Part shown: in pieces, positions 1-8,193 of the stretch
Numbering within the stretch: the stretch's first letter is position 1
Layout: each line of letters starts with the position of its first letter
Assembly: GCA_021812345.1 (NCBI GenBank)
Contig: JAKANP010000004.1
Coordinates: 1 to 59,310, forward strand
DNA from: a bacterium
Lineage (GTDB): Bacteria; Patescibacteriota; Minisyncoccia; UBA6257; JAGOQP01
Direction: 5' to 3'
Length of the DNA stretch: 59,310 nt
Notes under the pieces: generated by a model
Database searches by the model: none
Seen by the model: the letters and a program-made list of their open reading frames with translations, nothing else
What the model was told of the DNA's origin: nothing
Position numbers and translations under genes: made by a program

Positions 1-1
1 T

Positions 2-124
2 ACTTTATTTTTTGAAAAAAATCATTCGGATGATAGTTATTCTATTTGGCGATTTGAGTTTACAAATCCAAACAACTACAACAGCATCAGATTAGTAAAA
101 TCTGGGAGATTTAAAATTAAATAA
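2..124 (+). CDS. 3' end of a gene entering from the left; C-terminus resembles DUF6997/type II restriction-enzyme-like proteins (tentative)
   Basis: Open frame TLFFEKNHSDDSYSIWRFEFTNPNNYNSIRLVKSGRFKIK* ends at TAA 122-124 and is followed by a terminator; family assignment from recalled F-x-F-T-x-P-N-N-Y-N-S-I-x-L-V-K pattern only. Confidence 0.45.
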   Translation, partial: TLFFEKNHSDDSYSIWRFEFTNPNNYNSIRLVKSGRFKIK

Positions 125-171
125 TTAGATGCGTTAGTTTTTGATTTCTATTATTTTCGAATCATTTTAAT

Positions 172-210
172 TAAAAAGCAGCGCGCCTTATAAAAGCGCG
201 CTGCTTTTTA
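172..210. terminator. Bidirectional intrinsic terminator between convergent genes
   Basis: TAAAAAGCAGCGCGC-N9-GCGCGCTGCTTTTTA perfect 15-bp inverted repeat with A/T tracts on both sides. Confidence 0.85.
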
Positions 211-230
211 TTGCATGGCCTATTTATTTT

Positions 231-1427
231 TTATAAACCGCGTCTGAGTACAGCGAGCTCTATTGAGTCATAGCAGGCACGCCACGTTGCCTTATCCTTC
301 CCAAGTTTATTTGGGTTCCTAAATTCTAGAGCTTGTTCTCCAACTCTGCTTGCAAGATCGTTTTTTAGTTCTTCGAAAAATTTTATCGGATCCGTTTTCC
401 ACGAGCACTTGTTAGTGGATAGATGGATGAGATTTCTAAAGCCAGACAGTATTGGATAGATAAAACCACTAGGAATTCGATATCTGGACTCCCCCTTAAT
501 AAATGGAAGCGAAGCCATTTCCATTCTACGATTGGTAACTTCTGTGACTCCGGTCAATTTTCCAAATTTACCGTTTTTATCTCCATGTCCATGGTTATAA
601 GCTTCTGGAAGATCCCGATAAATAACGTCGTGTAACTCAAGTATCATTGGTAAGAGAGGAATATATTTCATCATTCTATCCTTGTTTTTCTTGAAATGCT
701 CAACCACAGAGGCTCGAGTCGAATATGCTTTAATGGGATGATTATCACGATCAAATTCTTCGACATCAAAGCAAACTAGGTATGAAAGAATTTCTTTTAT
801 ATCGATATCTTTAGCACTTCCTTCATCGGATAATTCAAATTCTTTATATGCTATACGATCTGTATAAGGTTTCCCAGAAAGGACTTTTTTTATTGCTTCA
901 TAATGCCCTCTGAGCTCTTCTAAACTTTGTTCTTTAACTTGAGTAGAGGTGTTTCTTGACTCTACAATATCTACTACCATATCTGGATCCGTTATTCCTT
1001 CAAGAATTTCTAGCTTCACGTAAGCTTTTAAATCTACGAGTTCTTCCGGTGGTAAATTTTCTATAAATTCTCGGATTACGCGAAAAGTGTGGCCTCCATC
1101 TAGTAATCCGTTCCTAGATTTATCTGCCATCTCGATCTCAAGAATATTTTTCTGATTGTCAAATGATGTTTTTTCCGCGATCAAAGTAATCCCACGGTTT
1201 CTAAAGAAAAATGAATCAGGATCATTTTCGAGAGTGGCAAATATTTTTTTTGCAACGCCAGAAGTGGTTTTTGGATCACGAGGATTTAATGTTCGCCATT
1301 CCTCAAATTCTTCTGGAATATCCTTTGCATTAAGAACAGCAATATATGTTCTTGAACCAGATTCGTCGTATGGGCTGGCAATTTTTCTGAAAGAAACAAC
1401 TGGTAATTTAATTAGTTTTGTAATCAT
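231..1427 (-). CDS. AIPR family protein (abortive infection phage resistance, ParB-like fold)
   Basis: 398 aa; motifs NPR, FFFRNRGITLIA, LLDGGHT and RNTSTQVK typical of AIPR. Confidence 0.85.
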   Translation of the reverse strand: MITKLIKLPVVSFRKIASPYDESGSRTYIAVLNAKDIPEEFEEWRTLNPRDPKTTSGVAKKIFATLENDPDSFFFRNRGITLIAEKTSFDNQKNILEIEMADKSRNGLLDGGHTFRVIREFIENLPPEELVDLKAYVKLEILEGITDPDMVVDIVESRNTSTQVKEQSLEELRGHYEAIKKVLSGKPYTDRIAYKEFELSDEGSAKDIDIKEILSYLVCFDVEEFDRDNHPIKAYSTRASVVEHFKKNKDRMMKYIPLLPMILELHDVIYRDLPEAYNHGHGDKNGKFGKLTGVTEVTNRRMEMASLPFIKGESRYRIPSGFIYPILSGFRNLIHLSTNKCSWKTDPIKFFEELKNDLASRVGEQALEFRNPNKLGKDKATWRACYDSIELAVLRRGL

Positions 1428-1464
1428 ATAATTTTTAGTTAATTGTTATTTTTACAACTTCTTC

Positions 1465-1616
1465 AAAACAAAAAACGTGCGTTCCTCGCACGTTCAGTTA
1501 TAAAGCTATAAAAATGTGTCGACCGCACATTAGCTTCCGCTAAACGTTTCTCGAGGTTTTCCTACGAGTATTACAGCATTTGAAGCTAGTAATAGTGGTA
1601 TGCGAGGCAGTACCAC
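1465..1616 (-). ncRNA. Putative structured leader/ncRNA with five hairpins plus an intrinsic terminator, upstream of AIPR
   Basis: Stems at 1595-1616, 1569-1594, 1550-1568, 1531-1542 (GGAA loop) and 1514-1530; terminator stem 1474-1494 followed by a U tract on the minus strand. Confidence 0.65.
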
Positions 1617-1622
1617 AAGATA

Positions 1623-1650
1623 ATTTTAATTCATTAATTATTTTTGTCAA
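1623..1650 (-). promoter_or_regulatory. Sigma70-type promoter for the AIPR leader
   Basis: Minus strand TTGACA (1650-1645)-N16-TAAAAT (1628-1623); predicted +1 near 1616. Confidence 0.65.
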
Positions 1651-1747
1651 ATCTAATTGTGCATAAAAACCAAATCGATCAAAGATCGTTGCAATTTTCT
1701 GAAATCGTGGGAGAATAATGGCGATAATTAATATTTTTTGAGTTATT

Positions 1748-2293
1748 ATGTCAGAGAATGAAGATAAAAATTTTAACAGGGATAAAGCGCAAGAAAGGAT
1801 AAATTTTATAGGCGGCGATTTTGGTGAATATTTCAGCCCAGAAGATATCAAGGGTTTTGAATCTGAGATTGAGCGTAGCAAAAAAATACTCAGCGGATAC
1901 GAGAAAATTAAGATGCACGCCGAATTAATGAATTGGGCAGTAAGAGAGAGATTTAAAACTTTGCCGACAGTAAGCGCGCTAGCTGCGACCCTACTAATAG
2001 TTGCTACTTTCAACGACAAATTAATCATTCTTGATAATTATGTAAGAGTGTTGCTCTCAGCCTTGCTTTTTTTAATTCCGGCAAGTTTATGGGGTTTATT
2101 TTATGAGGTTAACAAAGCGGAGGATGAAAGTTTTAAAAAAATTGTATCAATAACAGAGGAAAATTTTGGAAAAGAGGAGGCGGATAAAATGAGAAATAAA
2201 CGAAAGCCATCATTTCGTGGCTTTATGCCATTTATTGCAAATGCGCTATTCACTATTGCTGTATTCTTTATAGTTTATTTCATTTGGAGATGA
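1748..2293 (+). CDS. Hypothetical membrane protein (about 3 TM segments)
   Basis: 181 aa ORF with three hydrophobic stretches; hairpin at 2300-2320 follows. Confidence 0.75.
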   Translation: MSENEDKNFNRDKAQERINFIGGDFGEYFSPEDIKGFESEIERSKKILSGYEKIKMHAELMNWAVRERFKTLPTVSALAATLLIVATFNDKLIILDNYVRVLLSALLFLIPASLWGLFYEVNKAEDESFKKIVSITEENFGKEEADKMRNKRKPSFRGFMPFIANALFTIAVFFIVYFIWR

Positions 2294-2334
2294 AAAATAA
2301 AATCCGCCTTCGGCGGATTTGCTATAATAAACCT

Positions 2335-2640
2335 ATGTCCAAAGAAAGAATACAAAGGCAGGAGGGAGAAAAAATAGAAAAAATAAGAATACCCGACAAA
2401 GATATGCCCAGCTGGATTGAGGTCCTGCGCAACGGGGGACTAGATGATGAGCAGATAGACGAAATACTGGCTCACTTAAATAAAACTTATGCCAGACAAA
2501 AGGAAATGCTCAATTCCGACGTTGTTGAAGAGGAATTGCACAAACTGGAAAAGGATATGCTCGAAAATCACGGCAGGACCTTTACCAAAGAACAGAAGGA
2601 TTATTTAAAAAAAGGCATCGAAAGTCGCTTCAAAAAATAA
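2335..2640 (+). CDS. Hypothetical charged helical protein
   Basis: Start moved to ATG 2335 (MSKERIQ), just after TGCTATAAT; hairpin follows at 2639-2660. Confidence 0.7.
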   Translation: MSKERIQRQEGEKIEKIRIPDKDMPSWIEVLRNGGLDDEQIDEILAHLNKTYARQKEMLNSDVVEEELHKLEKDMLENHGRTFTKEQKDYLKKGIESRFKK

Positions 2641-2751
2641 TCTGCCTCAAGGCGGATTTTTGAGATTCCTCACTCCGTTCGGAATGACAGAAATGTTCGG
2701 TACGTTCGCACTGCTGTGCTCAGCGTCTCCTCGCCTTCGCTCGTCGGATTT

Positions 2752-2780
2752 TTGACATAGTTTTAAACCGGGTGTATAAA
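2752..2780 (+). promoter_or_regulatory. Sigma70-type promoter
   Basis: TTGACA-N17-TATAAA upstream of the SD (AAGGGGG) of the 2805 ORF. Confidence 0.6.
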
Positions 2781-2804
2781 CTAAGACAGTACAAGGGGGT
2801 ATAA

Positions 2805-3005
2805 ATGCATACGCCAGACAATATCACTTTGCATATTGTTATGGTTTATCGCAATAAGAAGGATCCAAGTAAGCACATGATGACTGCTCACACTCTCAGC
2901 GGAGAAAATTTGGGGAACAGAATGAATACGTTGATGCTTGAAGCTGACAGCTGGAGTAATAAGTGGGAACTGGTGAGTTTTTCTCATACGTGTATACCGA
3001 ATTAA
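2805..3005 (+). CDS. Small protein, paralog of 4083..4343 (WELVS motif, DUF4177-like)
   Basis: 66 aa with promoter, SD and downstream hairpin; shares ITLHIVMVY...WELVSFSHT with ICVHVIAIF...WRLVSVSHT. Confidence 0.7.
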   Translation: MHTPDNITLHIVMVYRNKKDPSKHMMTAHTLSGENLGNRMNTLMLEADSWSNKWELVSFSHTCIPN

Positions 3006-3126
3006 TACCGATAAATAAGTGCATCGTCCGGAATATTCCGGGCGATTTTTTGATATAATAAACCCATGAGCAATAAATATCATAGCGGAGTAGGGGTTAG
3101 GTACTTTAAATAAAAAATATTCCACC

Positions 3127-3166
3127 ACCAACATTCCAACATTCTTAAGAATGTTGGAATGTTGGT
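3127..3166. repeat. Perfect 40-bp palindrome (copy 1)
   Basis: ACCAACATTCCAACATTCTT|AAGAATGTTGGAATGTTGGT. Confidence 0.95.
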
Positions 3167-3277
3167 ATAAACAAGTTATTGGCGCAATGGATTTATGAAA
3201 ACTGTCCGGCTAAATTCTGAATAAATTAACAGGCAAGGATAGTTTCTATAAATTATTATTTTATGTATTATTAGATA

Positions 3278-3940
3278 ATGGATAAAAAACAGGACAAAGG
3301 AATTGCAATCATATATATAGTTATTGCTATCGCTCTGGCAGGTGCAATCATCGGCGCCGGTTACGCAATTTATAGAATAAAATTTTCAAAAATCGATACT
3401 TACGCCGAAAGATTGAGCAATTTCATGGCGCAAATAAACCAGGAAATATCTAAAACACCAAGACCTCAACTGCCTTCAATTTATACAAGATATGACGTAT
3501 CTCCGAACAATCTTAGTGGCGGGGACTTTTTCAAGTCAGCCATCATACATAATGGAGATAAGACCCCTCTTTATCTGAAGTTTGATAATACTATTTTGGA
3601 AATAGACAACATTTCTGTTGCAACGACTAGCAAGAATACTTTCGGCGTTCAATTAGACGGGAAATTAAATGATGGAGAAACGAGATCTATGAGAATGCCT
3701 TGCATGAAAGATCCGGGACCAACGTCCTGTCATGGCGGTGGCGTCGCCGGAATTGTCGGGAGGCAGTGGGACGTCGAAATCAGTAGTAGTAATGGCTGTC
3801 AAAGATATAATCACATTTCGGAATACTTTTTGCCGCTTTCTGTGGATTTTGATTTCGCTACCGGGAAGTGGAATTACATAGAAATTGGACAATTATTGTT
3901 TAGCATGGATAAGAGCACCGGCTGTATTAAGGTTAACTAA
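3278..3940 (+). CDS. Hypothetical N-terminally membrane-anchored protein with a pilin-like leader
   Basis: 220 aa; KQDKG followed by a long hydrophobic helix; four Cys in the exported part. Confidence 0.75.
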   Translation: MDKKQDKGIAIIYIVIAIALAGAIIGAGYAIYRIKFSKIDTYAERLSNFMAQINQEISKTPRPQLPSIYTRYDVSPNNLSGGDFFKSAIIHNGDKTPLYLKFDNTILEIDNISVATTSKNTFGVQLDGKLNDGETRSMRMPCMKDPGPTSCHGGGVAGIVGRQWDVEISSSNGCQRYNHISEYFLPLSVDFDFATGKWNYIEIGQLLFSMDKSTGCIKVN

Positions 3941-3989
3941 TATTAATTAGAATAAATGATAATCCGCCCAAGGCGGACAATTCCACCAC

Positions 3990-4025
3990 CAACATTCCAA
4001 CATTCTGCAGAATGTTGGAGTGTTG
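3990..4025. repeat. 36-bp near-perfect palindrome (copy 2 of the 3127 element)
   Basis: CAACATTCCAACATTCTG|CAGAATGTTGGAGTGTTG; same TTCCACCAC 5' flank as copy 1. Confidence 0.95.
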
Positions 4026-4082
4026 CTTTTGTTTTAAAGTTGAGGTATAAAATAGGGCAGAACCTGAACAAAAGGAGAGGAA

Positions 4083-4343
4083 ATGCCGAATTCGGATTCA
4101 AAAAAGGTGTCTTCGGCAAAACCGGGCGGACATATTTGTGTCCATGTCATTGCAATTTTTGAATGTGAAGAGCATAAGCATCTTTACAGATCATTCAATC
4201 GTAAAGTGTGGATGCACGAGGATAATAATTCGAGCTTGGAATTGGATGATTTTCTGCAGGCAGCTCACGAGATAATGAATAAGAATGAACTATCCAAGGC
4301 TACTTGGAGATTGGTGAGCGTTTCTCATACTCTGTGGTGCTAA
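4083..4343 (+). CDS. Small protein, paralog of 2805..3005
   Basis: 86 aa; SD AGGAGAGG; promoter TTGCTT-N17-TATAAA; hairpin ATCCCGACTTTGTCGGGAT plus T tract after the stop. Confidence 0.75.
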   Translation: MPNSDSKKVSSAKPGGHICVHVIAIFECEEHKHLYRSFNRKVWMHEDNNSSLELDDFLQAAHEIMNKNELSKATWRLVSVSHTLWC

Positions 4344-4426
4344 TCGTCTTGAGAGCAATATTATATTATCCCGACTTTGTCGGGATTTTTTGATTTACTT
4401 TATGAATTAGTGTTAGACTGTTTTAT

Positions 4427-5668
4427 ATGAATCTCAACTTTCGTAGGTTAGAAACCAAATCAAAAAGTCCGTTGTGGATTTTTCCCCAGCCGAATGCCAA
4501 CAGCGTTGCTTTGGGAGTTTTGATATTTGCCGGAACCAGAGACGAGAATTGGCCCAAAGAAGCCGGCATTGCTCACGCTTTGGAGCACATGCATTTTCAA
4601 GGAACCGAGAAGTTTCCTTCAAGCGCAAAAATTTCCGGATTTGTGGAAGAAGTGGGCGGAAGATTAAATGCCTGGACATGGAAAGAAATGACTTTTCATC
4701 ATGTCTATATGCCGGCAGAGCATGCCAGAAGGGGTGTTGAAATTTTAAGCCAGCAGATGCTAGCTTCTGTTTTTCCGGAAGAAAAAATAGGAATTGAGAT
4801 GAAGAATATTGTCCAAGAAATAAGAAGGAGAAACGATAATCCCGGAAATTATATTTATAAAATAAATAATGAACTTATATACGGAAAACATCCCTTGGGA
4901 AAAGACACTTTGGGGACAGAAGAATCCGTTGCTGCTTTTAAGAGGGATGATTTTATCAGCTTTAAAAATCGATATTATAATTCAAATAATATGGTTTTTG
5001 TTGTTGCCGGAAATATTGATGACAAATCCGCAGTCGATTTATTTGATGAATTCTTTTCGTTTGTTCCCGGAGAGAAAAATGAAAGAAAAGCGGAAGAATT
5101 GAATGATTTTTCGGCAAAATCGAGCGCAGATAAAAGAGAAATAGAACAAATCCATTTAATATTGAGCGCCATTGCCGGCTCTGCTGCATCTCAAGACGCG
5201 TCCAACCTGGAACTTTTTGGATATATGATTTCGGGGGGAATGTCATTCCCGTTATTTCAAGAAGTTAGGGACAAAAGAGGGTTGTGTTATGAAATTCACG
5301 GTGGGCTTAATAAATGGAGCGATTTTAGTAATTTTAATATCTATATTGGAACAGATCCAAAAAGATATAAAGAAGCCGTTGAAGCAACTCTGGAAGTTTT
5401 AGAGAAATCAAAATTGGATAAAGATTTATTAGAGAAGGCAAAAGCTTTGAGAATTGGACGATTAGCTCTTGATTTTGAGAATATGTCCAATGTTATACGC
5501 ATTGCGGCATCGGATATAACTTTTTTAGGTTCCCCACGAGGATATGAACAGATAAAATCGGAAATAGAAAAGATTACAATCGAAGATGTGGGTAGGGCGG
5601 TTGATAAATATCTTTTGGCGGATAAATTATCAAAAACTTTATTGGTTCCGGAAGATTTTAAGGAATAA
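4427..5668 (+). CDS. M16 family (pitrilysin/insulinase) zinc peptidase
   Basis: HxxEH motif (HALEH), LNAWT, LFQEVRDKRGLCY. Confidence 0.95.
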   Translation: MNLNFRRLETKSKSPLWIFPQPNANSVALGVLIFAGTRDENWPKEAGIAHALEHMHFQGTEKFPSSAKISGFVEEVGGRLNAWTWKEMTFHHVYMPAEHARRGVEILSQQMLASVFPEEKIGIEMKNIVQEIRRRNDNPGNYIYKINNELIYGKHPLGKDTLGTEESVAAFKRDDFISFKNRYYNSNNMVFVVAGNIDDKSAVDLFDEFFSFVPGEKNERKAEELNDFSAKSSADKREIEQIHLILSAIAGSAASQDASNLELFGYMISGGMSFPLFQEVRDKRGLCYEIHGGLNKWSDFSNFNIYIGTDPKRYKEAVEATLEVLEKSKLDKDLLEKAKALRIGRLALDFENMSNVIRIAASDITFLGSPRGYEQIKSEIEKITIEDVGRAVDKYLLADKLSKTLLVPEDFKE

Positions 5669-5804
5669 TGATTTTGATTCGGGTGGACGATATTTAAAAG
5701 TTATTGATGGGGGGAAATTATTTGATTAAATATTTTTTTATATTATTATAAATCTGTTCGCAACTAAGCGAACAGATAGAACTCAAGAAGGGAGGTGGTG
5801 AAAA

Positions 5805-5828
5805 ATGAAGAAGACCATCATCCTGTGA
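5805..5828 (+). other. 7-codon micro-ORF (MKKTIIL) in a self-contained promoter-SD-terminator unit
   Basis: GGGAGGTGGTGAAAA-ATG AAG AAG ACC ATC ATC CTG TGA; terminator GCGCCAAC-TAA-GTTGGCGC-T7 at 5846-5871. Confidence 0.45.
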
Positions 5829-5907
5829 TTCGTTTCGGTTTAATGGCGCCAACTAAGTTGGCGCTTTTTTTGTTGTTTTTTATGGCTTCAAATTGTAAAA
5901 TAAGCTT

Positions 5908-6759
5908 GTGATTGATAACTCTCAAAAAAATAATAAAAACTTAATTTTTATTTTGGCGATTATTGTCGTTATTGCTGTCGGTGTTGGGCTTTATTTTTGG
6001 TGGTCCCGCCAACAAACGCAAAATTCTCCATCTATTACAATCAATTCTCCATCAGCCGAAGACGTTTGGGCGATGGGGTCAACTCATACAATCTCTTGGA
6101 ATACTAAAAATATTCCGGCGGAAAATAAAATTTCAATAACCATAAGAAGAATTCCTCCTCCGCCCCTTCCAATCGACGGACAAGAATTTGATCCGATATT
6201 GTTTATTAATTTGCAAAATACCGGAAGTATCGATTGGACTATTCCCGTTTCTTATCCGTCCGGGAATTACATAATCGCCGTAAATAGTTATAAGTCCGTG
6301 CCGATAACAAATGTAATTGCTGTTGAAAGTTCTCCGTTTAAAATACAACCGCCGGCGCTGTCTCAAGATGTTTACCCGATTTATAATTCAGATTCAATAG
6401 AATGGAGCGCTCCCAATACCTATTCTTTGGAAACTCCAAGTGGCGGGATTTTTGGTTCGGCTATAAATGCAACCGTGGCCACAAGCACCATGAACCCGTC
6501 AAAATTTTTCTCGCCTTTTGACAAGTATTATAAAGACAAATTGACTGCGCTTGGGTGGAAGGTCGACAACTCTCTTTTGGCTAATGGACCAGCCAGCGGA
6601 CAGACCGTTTATCGCAAGGGAAGCGGTGTTGTTGCCATTAATTTTTTGACTATTTTTCACAATATTTCAAACACAAGACCGGAACAATGTCCTTGTGATG
6701 TCAATTTATCGATTTTTTCTTCCGCGCCTCAGTCGACTTCTTCTTTCCCGGGGCAGTAA
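5908..6759 (+). CDS. Membrane-anchored surface protein with a Ser/Thr-rich Ig-like (Kre9/GPI-anchored-family-like) domain
   Basis: N-terminal TM, ITINSPS...W..G.THTISW pattern, C-terminal CPC; GTG start. Confidence 0.75.
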   Translation: MIDNSQKNNKNLIFILAIIVVIAVGVGLYFWWSRQQTQNSPSITINSPSAEDVWAMGSTHTISWNTKNIPAENKISITIRRIPPPPLPIDGQEFDPILFINLQNTGSIDWTIPVSYPSGNYIIAVNSYKSVPITNVIAVESSPFKIQPPALSQDVYPIYNSDSIEWSAPNTYSLETPSGGIFGSAINATVATSTMNPSKFFSPFDKYYKDKLTALGWKVDNSLLANGPASGQTVYRKGSGVVAINFLTIFHNISNTRPEQCPCDVNLSIFSSAPQSTSSFPGQ

Positions 6760-6887
6760 TAATTATGGATTTTTTGCTATAATTAATTATGGAAAGCACA
6801 GAATAACAAAAACAAAATCAATTCGTATATTTATATGCAAGATATTAAAATAATTAAAGGTCGGCAAATTATTATAAAAAATTTAAG

Positions 6888-7595
6888 ATGAATAAAAAAA
6901 TATTGGCAGGAATGGCAGCGGTTATGACAATATCCGCTTTATTTGCCGGTTTTATGGCAAATGCTCAGACTTCAACCAGCACTACTTCTACCGCGTCGGC
7001 TCCGTCGGTTTCGCAAAAATTTGTTTTGCAAATTGGACCCAAGGGTGAAGCTCTTTTAAGAGGAACAATCGCTTCCGTGGCTAGCGGAGTTTTGACGGTA
7101 AATAGTTGGGGAGGAGTTTGGACAGTCAATGTTCCATCATCGGCCGAAGTTGTTCCGGCTGCGGTTGGAAAAGACGTAACTAAGTTTGGCGTCGGAGATT
7201 TTGTCGGTGTTTCGGGAATTGCTTCGCAATCCGCGGCGTGGACAATCGATGCGAAAGTAGTCCGCGATTGGACTTATAAAAAAGAAGTTAGTCAAGAAAC
7301 AAAACAAAATATTGATAATGCTCGCCAGACAATAAAAAATGGAACTCCGAGAAATTTTGTCGGAGTGGCCAGCAATATCAGCACTTCATCGTTAACCTTA
7401 ACGGAGAACGGAACTGCTTATACAGTTAATACCGCTTCTAACGTGGAAATCGTCAACAGGAATTGGGTTAAAATCCAACTTTCCGGGATAAATAGCGGAG
7501 ATACCGTTCGTGTCTGGGGAGTTAATACCAGTGGGACTATTAGCGCTCAAATCATTCGTGATATAACGCTTCCTGTTTCCACAAAAACTCGATAA
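6888..7595 (+). CDS. Secreted protein with two OB-fold-like repeats (DUF5666-like)
   Basis: Signal peptide ending ANA; repeated VGDFVGVSG...IDAKVVRD and SGDTVRVWG...ISAQIIRD. Confidence 0.75.
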   Translation: MNKKILAGMAAVMTISALFAGFMANAQTSTSTTSTASAPSVSQKFVLQIGPKGEALLRGTIASVASGVLTVNSWGGVWTVNVPSSAEVVPAAVGKDVTKFGVGDFVGVSGIASQSAAWTIDAKVVRDWTYKKEVSQETKQNIDNARQTIKNGTPRNFVGVASNISTSSLTLTENGTAYTVNTASNVEIVNRNWVKIQLSGINSGDTVRVWGVNTSGTISAQIIRDITLPVSTKTR

Positions 7596-7766
7596 TAATT
7601 AAAAATTGTTTAATTAACAAAAACCGCTTTTAAAAATTAAGGCGGTTTTTTGTTGACGGAATTTGTTTTGTTTATCGTTTGATAAGAGCGGTTTTCAATG
7701 GTGGTCATTTATCCACATCTTTTTTTTCTTTTGTGTTATAATAAATTAAAATTAATTAAACAATTT

Positions 7767-8177
7767 ATGGATAAAAAAACAATTTACGCGATAGTGGCTT
7801 TGGTCGTCGTCGGGTTGGGGGTAGGATTGTATTTTGGGTTTTATAATAAAAGTTCAAAGAGTAATCAAAATAGTCAATCTTCATCGCCAGTCCAAAAATT
7901 ATCTATTGATCAGGCCTCAAAATTCTTTTCGGACAAGCAAATTGTTTTTGATTCAAATTGCAAACCAACTCCGGATAAGCTGACCGTAAAAAATAATTCG
8001 GCAATTATGATAGTTAATCAGGGGAAGAACAACACTACTTTTTCTTTGGATCAAACAACTTTTTCGATTGCTGCCGGTCAGTATAAATTAACCACCGTTT
8101 CCAGAAAAACATTACCGGCCACAATACTTGTCGGATGCGGAGCTGATAAAACGGCGGCTTCAATTATTGTTCAATAA
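7767..8177 (+). CDS. Membrane-anchored cupredoxin-fold-like protein
   Basis: Start at ATG 7767 (MDKKTIY); TM helix then P-x-x-L-T-V-K...I-V-N pattern; no clear His/Cys/Met copper ligand set. Confidence 0.65.
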   Translation: MDKKTIYAIVALVVVGLGVGLYFGFYNKSSKSNQNSQSSSPVQKLSIDQASKFFSDKQIVFDSNCKPTPDKLTVKNNSAIMIVNQGKNNTTFSLDQTTFSIAAGQYKLTTVSRKTLPATILVGCGADKTAASIIVQ

Positions 8178-8193
8178 ATAAAATTTTATAAAC

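Noticed and set aside
1540..2028. 162-aa minus-strand ORF
   Set aside because: Antisense to the better-supported 1748..2293 gene and runs through the AIPR promoter and leader; no recognisable motif
3956..4162. 68-aa ORF
   Set aside because: Translation of a hairpin, the palindrome and a promoter; overlaps 4083..4343, which has a clear SD
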